DNA of 64,000 nt from Nemertoderma westbladi (lineage: Eukaryota > Animalia > Xenacoelomorpha), in the NCBI GenBank assembly GCA_032718475.1, contig JAUCBJ010006632.1, positions 1-64,000 on the forward strand. Reading direction: 5' to 3'. The notes beneath the pieces are model-generated. The model had not been told where the DNA came from and made no database searches. It saw only the letters and a list, made by a program, of their open reading frames with translations. Positions 49,001 through 60,723 of this stretch are shown piece after piece. A program made the position numbers and the translations under genes. The stretch's first letter is position 1, and each line of letters starts with the position of its first letter.

Positions 49001-51507
49001 CGAGTTGCATCTATTGAAAAATATAGATGTACCCCGTTCCTACTTTCCGAATCAGCTGGTATTTCCAGCTGATTTAGAACTGCATTTATTTAGTGACCGG
49101 CTTTGGTATGGTAGCCTACCTTCGCCGAGAGGTAAGTCAGGACAAATTTGAGACGGCCTTTGTGACTTCTAGATCAAAGACAATGCCGGTCAAATATATG
49201 ACTGTCCCTCGTGCAGAGTTACAGGCGGCTGTAGTTTCGGTCGAGGTAAGTAAGCAAATAACTGAGGAGTTAGACACGACATTGACCTTATTCTATTGGA
49301 CGGACGCATCCTTGGTGTTAGTATACATTGCGGCCGACAATATTGCACTAAAGACATTTGTGGCCAATAGACGCGCTCAGATCGTTGATTTTTCGACGAA
49401 GGAACAATGGAGACATTGTCCGGGAGTGTTGAACCCGGCCGACATAACTTCGAGAGGTGCAATGCCGGCGGAATTCTGTCGGGAAGAGTCGCAGGAGTTT
49501 TGGTTGCATGGACCTGATTTTCTAACGAGGACACAGGAACATTGGCCAGAGCGACTAAAGATAGTGACCAATCCGATGCCTGAAGATGCAGAAGTCAAGG
49601 TGGAGAAAGTCTCTAAGTCGAAGTCTAAAGCCAAACTTAAGTCATTGGAGCGGCCTGAAGAGTCATTGGAGCGGCCTGAAGAATCATTGGAGCGGCCCGG
49701 AGACCTGTCAGACCAACAGACTTACGTGACTACTAGGTCCGGAAGGGTAAGTTATGACGTAAAACCACCCTTACAGACTAAACCAGAGTCACAGTTGGTA
49801 AGTGACGGACAGAAAATGACCGACACAATGGAGTCTTTGGTTTCCAAACCTGCGGGTTTGGATTCGAAACTTCCATTAGTTAGCGGACAACCGTCGCTGG
49901 CATTAGAGTCATGCAGTATTTATGACAAATTACTAAATTCGTCTGCCTCTTGGCTGACAATTTGTAAAAGAACTGCGTGGTTAAGCCGATACGTTTCGTA
50001 CCTTTGTTTAAAACATTCGAAACATTTGAGAGAACCATTGAGCACCAATAGTGAGCGAATTCAGAAATTGAAACAACCTCTGACAGAGGATGAGATTGAT
50101 CAAGCGGAATTAAAGCATTTGAAGCATTATCAAATGTGTGCCTTCCCGAAAGAATTCCATCTATTATCGGCTCATCGACCAGTTCTCTATAAACCCCTTA
50201 GAAAATGGAGTCCATTAATCCATAAGGGTTTAATTTGTCATAGATCGAGAATCCAGACTGTCGACATAAACTCACAGTTTAGGTTCCCAGTGATAATCCC
50301 TAGTCACCCAATAGAATTGCAAAGAGCGATTCTATGGGATATACACAAGAGGTTGCATCACGCGGGAAAGTTACACTGTCTGTCGGCAGCGAGACAGCGA
50401 TTCATTCTATTGCAGCCAAGCAGGGCAGTAGGCACTATGTACGACGCCTGTCTGGTTTGCAAGAGAGTGAACGCCAGAGTATTGGAACAGGAGATGGCTG
50501 AACTCCCGGAAGCGAGAGTGCAGGCATATGACCCACCCTTTACGAATACAGGGGTGGACTGTTTTGGTCCGATTGAAGCAAAGAGTGGACGGCTGACCCA
50601 CAAGCGATGGGGTCTGCTACTGACATGTATGGCCAGTAGAGCCATACACATCGAGCGTGTGGCAGACATGTCGACCAAATCTCTGCTCCTGGCCTTAAAG
50701 AGATTTATGGCCAGGAGAGGACTAGTAAAGGCGTTCTACTCTGACAAGGGTACAAACTTTGTCGGAGGGAATAGCGAGTTGAACGCGGCTCATAAAGCAG
50801 CACAGAATAAGGAAATTTCTGCAGCACTTTTGCCGCAACGAGTAGAATGGAGATTCAATACTCCAGAAAGTCCTTGGAGAGGAGGAAGTTGGGAGCGTTT
50901 GGTTCGCTCTGTGAAGCAGGCCATTGCCAAAACATTGCCTGTGAACAAACAACTTACCGACGACGAACTGGTCACAGCTTTTATTGAAATCGAGCATACC
51001 CTAAACTCGAGGCCGATAGCTATGTTGCCAGACGGTGTTGCATTAACGCCGAATCATTTGCTAATGCAGAGTCCAGCATTTCTTGTGCCGGCATCAGAAC
51101 CCATTAGTGCCGACCTATATAGTCGTAAGAGCTGGAAAGTAACACAGTTTGTGGCGTACACATTCTGGGAATATTGGCGGGAATACTATCTTCCCACCAT
51201 ATCCACCAGAACAAAGTGGTACAAAACGGTTCGGAGTCTCCAAAGGGGAGATTACGTGTTGATAACCGAACCCATTGTCAAGAGAAAGTATTGGGAGACG
51301 GGAGTGATCTTGCACACACACCCAGACGTGCAAAACATAGTGCGCACAGTCACTGTGAAAATTAGGTGCAAGTGTCCGCACCCAAAAAAGTGTAAAACTA
51401 ATGGTTTACACACCTTGGACCGACCGGTCCAAGATATTGTGTTATTAGAGGAGACACGTATCGAGACGGGAGATTATAATTTGTCTCCTGCCTCAAAACT
51501 GAATTAG
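43065..51507 (+). pseudogene. Element C gag-pol polyprotein
   Basis: Coiled-coil Gag, triple knuckle, MLDTAS, FYMDD, HCPGVLNPAD, GVDCFGP, SDKGTNF, WRGGSWER. One in-frame stop (48123-48125) and a frameshift in the RNase H LHLFSD motif (~49095). Confidence 0.95.
44210..44520 (+). repeat. Coding tandem repeats (ERELQLECEREAKK-like, 42-bp units) in C Gag
   Basis: Repeated GAACTCCAACTCGAATGCGAACGGGAAGCGAAGAAACGC. A further 21-bp x3 repeat (SLERPEE) lies at ~49641-49698. Confidence 0.9.
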
Positions 51508-52271
51508 TGTTGGACGCAACTCACTTCGTATGCATTCCTCGTATGCAAATACAAGGAAATGCATAGGAGCGGGGTTGTGGTGATTTGCGTTGAGTTTTGT
51601 CTGGTGGGTATCAAAACAAAATTTTATTTCAAAAATTTTGGAAAAAATTAGAAAATTTTAAAAATTAGAAGTGAACCCAAGACAATTCCAGACGCTGTGT
51701 ATAGACGCGTTTTAGAATTCGTCTATAGATAAACAGTAATTTGAAAAGTCGTGAAGCCTGGAAAATAGCATTTAGAAACCATGGTGACGGCTATATTACG
51801 TAGGAGTGTAAATTGAGTTTAGCAACTTCCACAGATTGGTGCCAACAGTGCAACTAAGGTGCTAAAGGTTAGTAGCACCAGAGGGGTGCACGGACCCCAC
51901 TCAGTAGTTTGCAGGATGTGTGATGTTCGATTATCAAACCTGTGGGTTTGGTATAGTCGAGTATTGTGGCTATAGTCCTTTCTAACTACTGTAGTTTAGT
52001 ACGAGTAATGGGAGTAGTTTGGGCATCAAAAAGTGAGTTGGTCACGGCCAGTTTATCTCCAAAGTTTTTGCGCTATGCATGGGAATAGGTTAGAGGATAG
52101 TTAGTTAGGAAGAGACGGGATCTAGAGAGTCGAACCTGAACTGCTGGAAGGCGGGGGGGGGGGGTTCGGGAGGTCTGTCCTTCGGCGACATCTAACTGAT
52201 TTACCCACAGTGTAGTTGGTTACGTAACGGCACTTATTGGGATATATATATATGTATATACGCGTAACATA

Positions 52272-55200
52272 ATGGAGAGGGATATTAGAGCGCAACCGCG
52301 CAGAGGATTTACTGCCAGAGAGGAGGCGGAGCTACCATTCGCGCGACCAGGATGTAAAGACTCTAACGTTTACTACCATGGGCGGTCCGTGATGGAGCTG
52401 AACGGGAAGTATAAACCAAGTTATGATAAAGAATTACGGAGAGAAAGAATGAGAGCGTTGGGGGACCGGATGGAAGTCTTGCGGAGAGAGTATCGCACGC
52501 GGTATCCCTACGACTTTGCTTTGGACGTGTGCGACATTAGCGCAGATCCGGACGAGGAAATCGCACGACTATACCATATGAATATGTATTTACGACATGA
52601 GGAGCCTCTACCTGCAGTCCGAGACCAGTTCGACGGAATGCACCTGTATCGGAGGACTCGAGGCGAGGATCAGGAGACGCCGAAAGTCTTCAGCGTATAC
52701 AAGCTCTTCTACAAGTGTGGTGAATGCATGAATAAACAGGACGTGGCGATTCCCGACCGATTAGACGAGCAACATCCGGAACCGATATTAACGCGATGTC
52801 CAGCTCACCAATTCCTTAGATACAACGAGGGAGGTTACCTGATGAGCAACCCGATGATCAGTATCGACTTCAGTGGAAAGCGACCTCCGAGACCCATTAC
52901 GCCGACCGTTACGACATTAGATCCGTATACGGAGATTAAACCCTGTTCGACACCCAGTTTGATAGAGACGGCAGCGGCCATTTTGCTGTACCGATCCTAC
53001 AAGGATCTAGAGGCGCGGCGCGAAGCGGCGCGGGACTCGGGTACCAAACCCGTGGGTTTGGAGCTCTCGAGTCCCTGGACTGCGTTTACTTCACCTCACC
53101 GAGTGAGAAGCCTCACACCTGAGCATCAGGACGACATAGACGCGTTGCGGCAGGAGGAGCGAGTGGCGAAGGCGAAAGAGTTATCAGGATAGCTACTTAT
53201 TAACAGGATAGCGGAGTATAATAAGACCGCGGATAGACATCAAGAGGAGACGAGGAGAGTGACCGGATTTGTTCCACAGGTCGTATCTCAACCCGGACCG
53301 GTGTATTATTCCGACGGCACCGAACCTGCGATATTAGTAGATCATCCGGAGTCGCGAGAAGCGATACGATGAAGATGGTAAGAATGGCGGACCATTGGAA
53401 CGTTGACTGTCTACGGGAAGTTTTATGCGCGAAGTTCTTGCGTGATGTCCCAATGCAGATCACAGATTACGACACTTTGGACAAGATTGGAGCTCCGGGG
53501 AAGGAGAGTAAGTTATTCGGATGGTTGGATAAGTACATCAAGGTATGGGTCGCGGTGGCTACATTCCCAGATGACGAGGAAGTAGACCAGACGTGGCTGA
53601 GGAGGAAGGGTTCTTATACCCGATATGATGACCACAAGGCGATCGAGCGCATGTGGACCCCATCAGATGAGATTCAGCGTCAGTGGAGGAAAACGGAGGA
53701 ATCACTGCAGGATTGGAGAGTGATGTTCTACGACAATGAAGGAGGGTCCCATCAGGAATGCTTGACTAGCAAGTGTATTCAAATTCGTGCGGCCGATGGT
53801 GTGACTCATGTGTTTATGCGTGTGAGGGCGGATCGAGAGAGACCGGAGCCCATCATAACGACACAATATCGGAAAGGGAAGGATCCTAGGGAACAGATTT
53901 TGGAGGTATGCAGGCGAGGAGGTATGCACGGAGCGGAGCGTATCGACGCCAGGATGTTACCAAAGAAGGTTAGAGAGGCTATTCTCAACCAAGATTACGT
54001 CAAGGTGGGATCGGGAGTCCAGAGCGATTTGGAGAGCGACTTCAACGCCATGACTGATCTGGAAGATAGATTGCCGAGACCGTTTGTCGACACCAAGCTA
54101 TTGTTGCTATGGGCACAGGATATTGGAATTTATAGGGAGTATCCCAACTCTGCCAAGACTGGTATGGGCTTTATAGCACACTTGTTGTATAATTGGGACT
54201 TTAAGTTGAAGACGCAAAAGAAGTACGAGGAGGCGTATGGCGAATACAACACGCCACCGGGAGCGGAGTTCAAATCCCACTTCAAGCGGCAAGCGTTAGT
54301 GTATTGGAACATTTGCGCGCCACCCCGTGCGTCGCTACAATATTATTTGGTGCTTGAGTCGAACACGGTGACTTGTTTATTAGCGGATATCGTTGCGCGA
54401 GTTTTGAAGCGTCATCCATTGGTATTCGGAGGAGATCAATACGTTCGCTCGAAAGGGGGAATCCAATCCGACGTGATGAAGCGTTTCTTAACCCCGTTCT
54501 TCAACCAATCGTTAGAGAATACGTCGATGGTGAGGAGAGGATTAGCGATATTCGAAGGAGTATATCGACAGAACATCGGAGATTTGGGAGACCGACCGTC
54601 GATGGAATATCCGACGCCAGAAGCTTTGGAGAAGTGGTTCGGGAATCAAACCCGCGGGTTTGGTACTCCCTTCCACTCGGAGGCTGATAGACCTGTTAAG
54701 GAGGGCTGGCCGGAAACGTTAGTAGAGGTGTTCGGAGTAGATCTTCCGGTGGAGAAGACATATCCGAAACGAACGCGGGAGGAAATATTGGAGATAGAGG
54801 ACAAGGGCGAGGATGTTTACTTTGTTCCGGATCGACAACCGTTGACCGGAGAGGACGACATCGTATTAGACATTGGGAAGGAAGGAAGTGCGAAACCGAT
54901 TGGAGACCTCATATACGAGAGGGCCTGGTTTCCACAAGCGCGTAGGTGCAAATTGTGCGGCAGCACAAGGCACAATCTAAAGTCGTGCGACGCGGTAATA
55001 GAGGCGGCGCATAAGGTCTGTCGTTGGTGCAATGAGACCGACCATTCGTTTCACACGTGCACCGTCTTCATTTCTCAATGTGGATATTGTGGAGTAAAAG
55101 GACACCGTAGCGCGAGATGTCAGCTGCGAGATGATTCCTTTCAAAACCATAGCGCTAACCTACTTCGGGTGATGTTAGATAAGTGGGAGAGTGTGGCGGA

Positions 55201-55987
55201 TTACCATATTCAAGCGCAGATGCGTTGGTTACCATTTAAAGCGGGATATGGGTTTTGGGCGGTAGACCCATCGCATGTTGCGTACGAGCCATATCTACAA
55301 TCGCTACCACAATATCAGGAGCTCATCCTAACTGCTCAAGACCTTCCACAGAACACTGGAGTTATCGTAGTCCGAGAATACTTCAGACAATTGAACATGG
55401 ACAATAAGTACACATGGAACTTCGTTGCTATTTGCGATCGCATCACGAAGGGTGTATTTACGGAGACTAGAAAAGTGGTACGCGCGCGAGGTGATTGGAG
55501 GATGGCGGCTATACAATACCGCAACGAATTCTTGTTGACTCATGTGCCAGTGGGTTCATTGACCGCCGAGAGGATACAGGAACAAAGGATCGCAGCGACC
55601 ACAGCGACGACCGCTGGAGCTCAAGGCTCGCGGAAAGAACCAGGAGGAGGGGTCCAAGACAAGCGTCAAGTCAAGGACGACCACTACCACTCCATTATAG
55701 AAGCTCAACGGTTGCAGCGCAAGGCGCAGGGGGCGTCTGAGAAAGCGCGTGTGCAACTGCAGAAGGAAGAGTTGGCGGAAGCGACCACGGGAGCGCGACA
55801 ATTGGGACGAGGCCGAGGGAGAAGTTCAAGCCGAGAATCTGTCGGGGCTCAGGGAACGTCGTCGCCGGTTCCGGGGAGTGACGCCTCACGGACGCCGTCA
55901 ACGGAGTCGACTAGAGGTAGATTAGTGTATCTGGGAAGGGGACGAAAGAGAGGAGCGAGCCCAAAGAACCCAGGAGCGGGTCGATAA
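52272..55987 (+). CDS. Element C extra 3' ORF: WRN/EXD-type DEDDy 3'-5' exonuclease domain plus three CCHC zinc knuckles
   Basis: VMFYDNEG, CIQI, LPKKVREAILNQDYVKVGSGVQSD, FVDTK, TGMGFIAHLLYNWDFK, YW..PP..SLQYYLVLE. Knuckles CKLC..H..C, CRWC..H..C, CGYC..H..C. 52272..53192 reads on past one TAG and joins 53369..55987 by a frameshift. Confidence 0.8.
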
Positions 55988-57600
55988 TACATTATGGCAC
56001 AGGGCGACAGACTCTAGATATATACATCATCGTCGCTCTGATGTATATTGTAGCATTTGAAAATTTTCGACTAGACTCGTACCTAAAGAGGTGAGGTCTC
56101 TATAGGGGTGCGAGTAACAGGCGGCGGCGGACTCGTGAGGGTCTGGGGGCACGTTAAACACTAGTCTAAGTGCAAGGGAGATACTGATGGCCCTCGTGTC
56201 TAGCGAACCATGAATTGCCATGGTGCCGTGGTTCCGTCTAGTCGGCATGTTGCCGTACTGCCAGTCCTGTACACAGTAGGGGTGGTGGCATGGCGTGATT
56301 TGTGGTGTCATGTGGTGTGAACTGTGGTTTGTATGTGGGCGATCAGTGGCAGTTGCTTGGGGCTCGGATGGGTTCCTTTGGCCATCAGCTGTTCCGTTTT
56401 TTTGATACTATATGTTATTGTCTCCATGTTCAGCTGATTGGTTTTTGGGATTTGTTTGGGCCTTTGAGTTTTCTGTTGCTGTGGGTACGTGAGTACACGT
56501 GATTGTGTGTATGGCCACTGCGAGTGAGTGTGGGAAACCTTGCCGGTTGGACAAGACGCCGCTGGTATTAGTAGGACCATACTTTACTGCGCCCCAGCAT
56601 ACTTTGTGCACACAAGTTATTTTACCTTGTCGGTAAAATAAAGTACTCTCGACTTTCTCATTCTCTCTCAAGTCGATACAACTAGTCCCTCCCGATTTTG
56701 ACACCGATTTTGTCTTTCACGATTATGTCCTCTGTGTGTGCATGGTATGTGTCCGATTTTGTGTTTACCGTAGTGTACTTGATATTGTGAACATCTGTTG
56801 AGTACACGTGTATAGGACTGGTAAGTGGTTACTTGTTCCTAGCTTTCGAGCTAGTCAGTATTGTTTGTGGAACTTACTTCCCCTCAATACTGCCGGCGAG
56901 GCGGGTGAAAACGTGTCAATATTCCATGTTGGGTAGCACAAGCCCACTTGGGACAAGACCGTCGGTTAGGCCCAAGGGCGACCTTGGTGCTTGATCGCTA
57001 TCGACTGGTCCACCCGCCGGTTGACTCTCTGAGTTGGCTCAATGTACAGTCAGGCCACAGTAAGTTGACAGTAGCCGCCCATCTGGCTACACGTTCGACG
57101 AGCTGTGCCGGTGTGATCGGGGAATTGAAAATTGAACCCGGGAAGCATCGGGCCATCCCCCGGCCCGGTCTGATAATAACATCAGTCAGACTGGCCCCAG
57201 GGGTGGTGGAAACACGTCCGCCTCGTGGGTGCGCCTCGGGGAGGAGCCCAGAAGGACGTAAGCGATACACTAGTTGAGTTATTTGAATTTATATTATGAA
57301 AGAGGCGAAGGAAGTGATTGGGGAGACAAACCTGCAGGTTTGGCTTACTCCTTTCACTTGCCCTAGCAAAATTTTTATATTTGATTTTGTATGTAGTAAT
57401 CATTATGTAGTAAGAATGAACGAGAAACAATATTTTGTAAATTTAATTTGTATGTAATTCATTATGCAATATCTATGGCAATATTTGTAAATAGTAGAAT
57501 TATTATGTTATTTAGATTGGTTGGAAGAAATTTATTTTGTTTTGTATACATCACCTTATACTCTTCTACAATTGGAGGGAAACATTATATGATTTCCCTT

Positions 57601-57607
57601 GGAGCGG
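57601..57607 (+). promoter_or_regulatory. Polypurine tract of element C
   Basis: GGAGCGG immediately before the 3' LTR. Confidence 0.85.
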
Positions 57608-59788
57608 TGTTACGGTATATGGCGCTGTATCCACAGTATTAGTCCATTATGCAGTATGCAGTATTAGTCCATTATGCAGTATGCAGTATTAGTCCGTTAT
57701 ACTGTACGTAATATTAGTCCGTTGTGCAGTATAATTATTTAGATAAGGCGCAGTGTGGTGACATTTAGGTAAGGAAGTTAAAACGCCCATATATTTTGCA
57801 TCCATTCATTTTGTATAGTATGTAGCCCTACCTACGTAATTTTGTATTAGGATATATGTAGATAGTTCCAGGGTTGCGAGTTTACTCGGACCCTGGATTT
57901 TGTGCTTGCTGATATTAGTTTGATAGGGCTAGCATATAGGGACGCTGTCCTGGCCATTCAGCAGCCAGAGACGTGATCCATTACCATATATGGTAATAAT
58001 TTGAGGGCATAGGGCTACAATCCGGTCTCCTTATTGGATTAACTGCTTCCAGGTTGGTTTAATGCTAGCATGGACTGGAGAGCCAATGGGAGAGCGATTG
58101 AGTCACCTTATTGCATCACCCCATCGGGATCACCTATAAATTGGCGGTGTGCCGGTAGGGCCTTTTGTTGTTCATATGTTCATGCCTTATCACATGACAC
58201 ACCCCTGTTACAATTTACTTGCTGAGCTGTCTCTAATTTTGTATTAGGATATCGTATTTTCTGCAATTTGCTAATTTTGATTAATTTCTTGGAATGATTT
58301 GCTAGTACGATTACTTTGCTTGTGTTTCTCAATAATTCCTTCGATTACTGCAAATTACAATCGAACTATGATTTCTACCTTTGATTGATGGTTCTATGTG
58401 ATTCTTTTCTGCGCAATAATCCCAAGGGATTCCTGAGACTGTCAGACTTTGTGATTTGCATGCGCCGCTACGGTAGCTATTAGCATCATGGAGGGCTAAG
58501 GTGCCAGTGGGCGGTGGGCGCATCGGGGGGTTGAGCGACTAGGAGAGAGCGGAGGATTCAAAGCGGGCAACGCTGGCCAGGGTCACCGTTGCGGGCGGGT
58601 ATCTTGCACTGCGGCACGCAGACCGATCGCCGGTACAGTATCTAGGGGGCTGATGATCCAGGTTTTGTCTCTATTTAGTATTAGGGGGGCAGGAATTGGG
58701 TTAGTTAGGAATCCTAGATGTACCCGGGAGAGGCCTGCGCGTATTACAACGTTGAGTGTGGAGTACGAGTAGTGAATTGCACAATTGTAAACTGTGATTT
58801 CTAACGCTGATTGGTGTGTTATTGAAGTGTGCCTAAGATTACGAATGCTTAGATAGGCGCTCTTTTCCTTTGATTGATTTCTATTTCTTAGTTACAATAA
58901 TTAGTTATTGTTTAGGTCAAAGTAATACGGCAATTTAGGCTATTACTAGCGAAACCTGTTGCGTGATAAATTAGAATTACGTATTCTGGAACTCTTAGTA
59001 ATTAGTACGCTGTTAAATATTTGTGACTGTAATTAATTAGTAAAAAATTAAGAATTAGTACGCAGCATAGCGGAGAGTAGCTAAGGTAATAATTAGTGTA
59101 CTGTAAACTATTCACGCTGAGCGGTTATTTGCATTAGCGGGCAATCAGCTAGAACGCACTATTCGGTACGCACGATACGCTAGTAATTTTGCTGGCCTAA
59201 AGCCAGTCGCGGGCAGTTTTAGACTCGGAGTGGTATTATCCACGTAGAAACAGATACTGTACCATTTTGATATTTTAAATATTCTCGCATTCACACATTA
59301 CGTTAGGGAACCTCCAGTATTCGCGATTAGAAAGACGTAGGTAATAGCGTGCTTTAATAGTGATAGAATTAGGCGTAAGAATACTCTGAGTGCAAGGCCT
59401 CTCGCACTCGTCTTAAGTAAGCTTAGGGAGCCGACTCGGGTTTATTGTTTTGGTTATTCATGCGTGGCTCATAGATTCGAACAGTTAGCTCTCTATCGAG
59501 CAATCGGTAGAGAAAGGAACAAGCGATTTTGCAGGAGTTGTGTAAATTTAGTAAAATATATTAGCGGACGGCAGATTAGCGCCATCTAACGGTAAGTAGC
59601 GGTTTGTATTTAGCAACCCTTACAATTTAGTAATATCACGCTCCTGAGCCCCTTTACTTAACAGTAGAGCAGTCTTTGTGTCTGACGAGTGGTTAGACGA
59701 GAACTTATTAGGTTGGCAGAAGGATATTAACGGGTATTGGTCTGTTCAACAGTTCTGCTGTTAGTATAGAGGTCGCGGTTGTTTATCA
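57608..59788 (+). mobile_element. 3' LTR of element C (2181 bp)
   Basis: Direct repeat of 39552..41735 with a few substitutions and two small indels. Confidence 0.97.
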
Positions 59789-60177
59789 ATACGAGTAGGC
59801 ACTTTACTGAGAAGCCACAATGGGGCAATAACTGAGACAACCTGAGTTCCATTACTGCGCCATGGTATGTTTTGTATAATCTTATCCAACGATATCAAAA
59901 ACATATGTTCAGTTAACCAGTACAGCAGTGTATTTCAGTAGTTATAAAGATTTAAGATATCTGACTGTCAACCACACAGAATACCTAAATATAATATATG
60001 TATATATCTTTACAGCCCGGACTGGTACCCAATCACCTGTACCGCTTACACATACCGTTATACAGTATGATAATTGTATAATATTACATATCACACCAGT
60101 GTTGTAATGTTTGAGGACAGGGGTAGTGATAAGTATCCCTTTACATACAGAACAGTGCAATAATAGTAATGTTCTAG

Positions 60178-60714
60178 AACTTTCGCAAAGACGCGACGCT
60201 TCTACCTACAGAATACCGCCGGATTTCCTATACAAATCGAGGCGAAAATGTAAAACTGGAAACCTCTTCTCTTATCATGACAACCGACATCAGTCGCGCG
60301 ACTACGGGGTTTATTTCGACGAGAAGTTTGGGAAGTTTAAATCATACGGAGATAAGCGGCAGCATCTGTCTGCGAACCACATCGAGTGGGTGAGTGACAC
60401 AGCTGTGCGAGGTACCCAGCCCTACACGTCGGTTTACCGGAGGAGTTTCAACCGAGTCTTGTCTGTAACCCCGGATACTACCGCGGGGATATCGCTTGAT
60501 ATCCCTCCTGTATTCCGGGCCGCCACGTCGGAATCATTCCGAACCCACTCCCGCTCCCCCCGTAGTCAGGGCGACTGATCGCTCGGAATATATCCGGGTT
60601 GGTATGACAGCTCCTTTTCCGGTTCATTTAGGACTCCTCTTTGCTCCCTCACTTTGGCAAAGGAACCGTTCCAGAAATAACTGGCGATATTCAAACAGAG
60701 GCGTTAAAATATAA
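60178..60714 (+). CDS. TEX36: TEX36-like (HDNR-domain) host coding segment, exon or pseudogene
   Basis: LFSYHDNRH..YGVYFDEKFG..DKRQHLSANHIEW resembles TEX36 (FSVHDNRH..DKRQHVSRNFNLW, from memory). Possible acceptor TTCTAG at 60172-60177. The C-terminus appears to shift frame (60496..60714). Confidence 0.6.
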
Positions 60715-60723
60715 TAGGATTTA

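Larger units (their letters stand above)
39552..59788 (+). mobile_element. Full-length Bel/Pao LTR retrotransposon C (20.2 kb)
   Basis: ~2.18-kb near-identical LTRs, TSD ATACG (39547-39551, 59789-59793), gag-pol, extra 3' ORF and PPT. Confidence 0.97.

Noticed and set aside
52272-55987. ORF3 as an env/fusion glycoprotein
   Set aside because: No evident signal peptide or transmembrane segment; exonuclease and CCHC motifs are present instead.
56027-57430. Additional ORFs in the 3' region of element C
   Set aside because: Short, overlapping on both strands, with no motifs and no counterpart in A or B.
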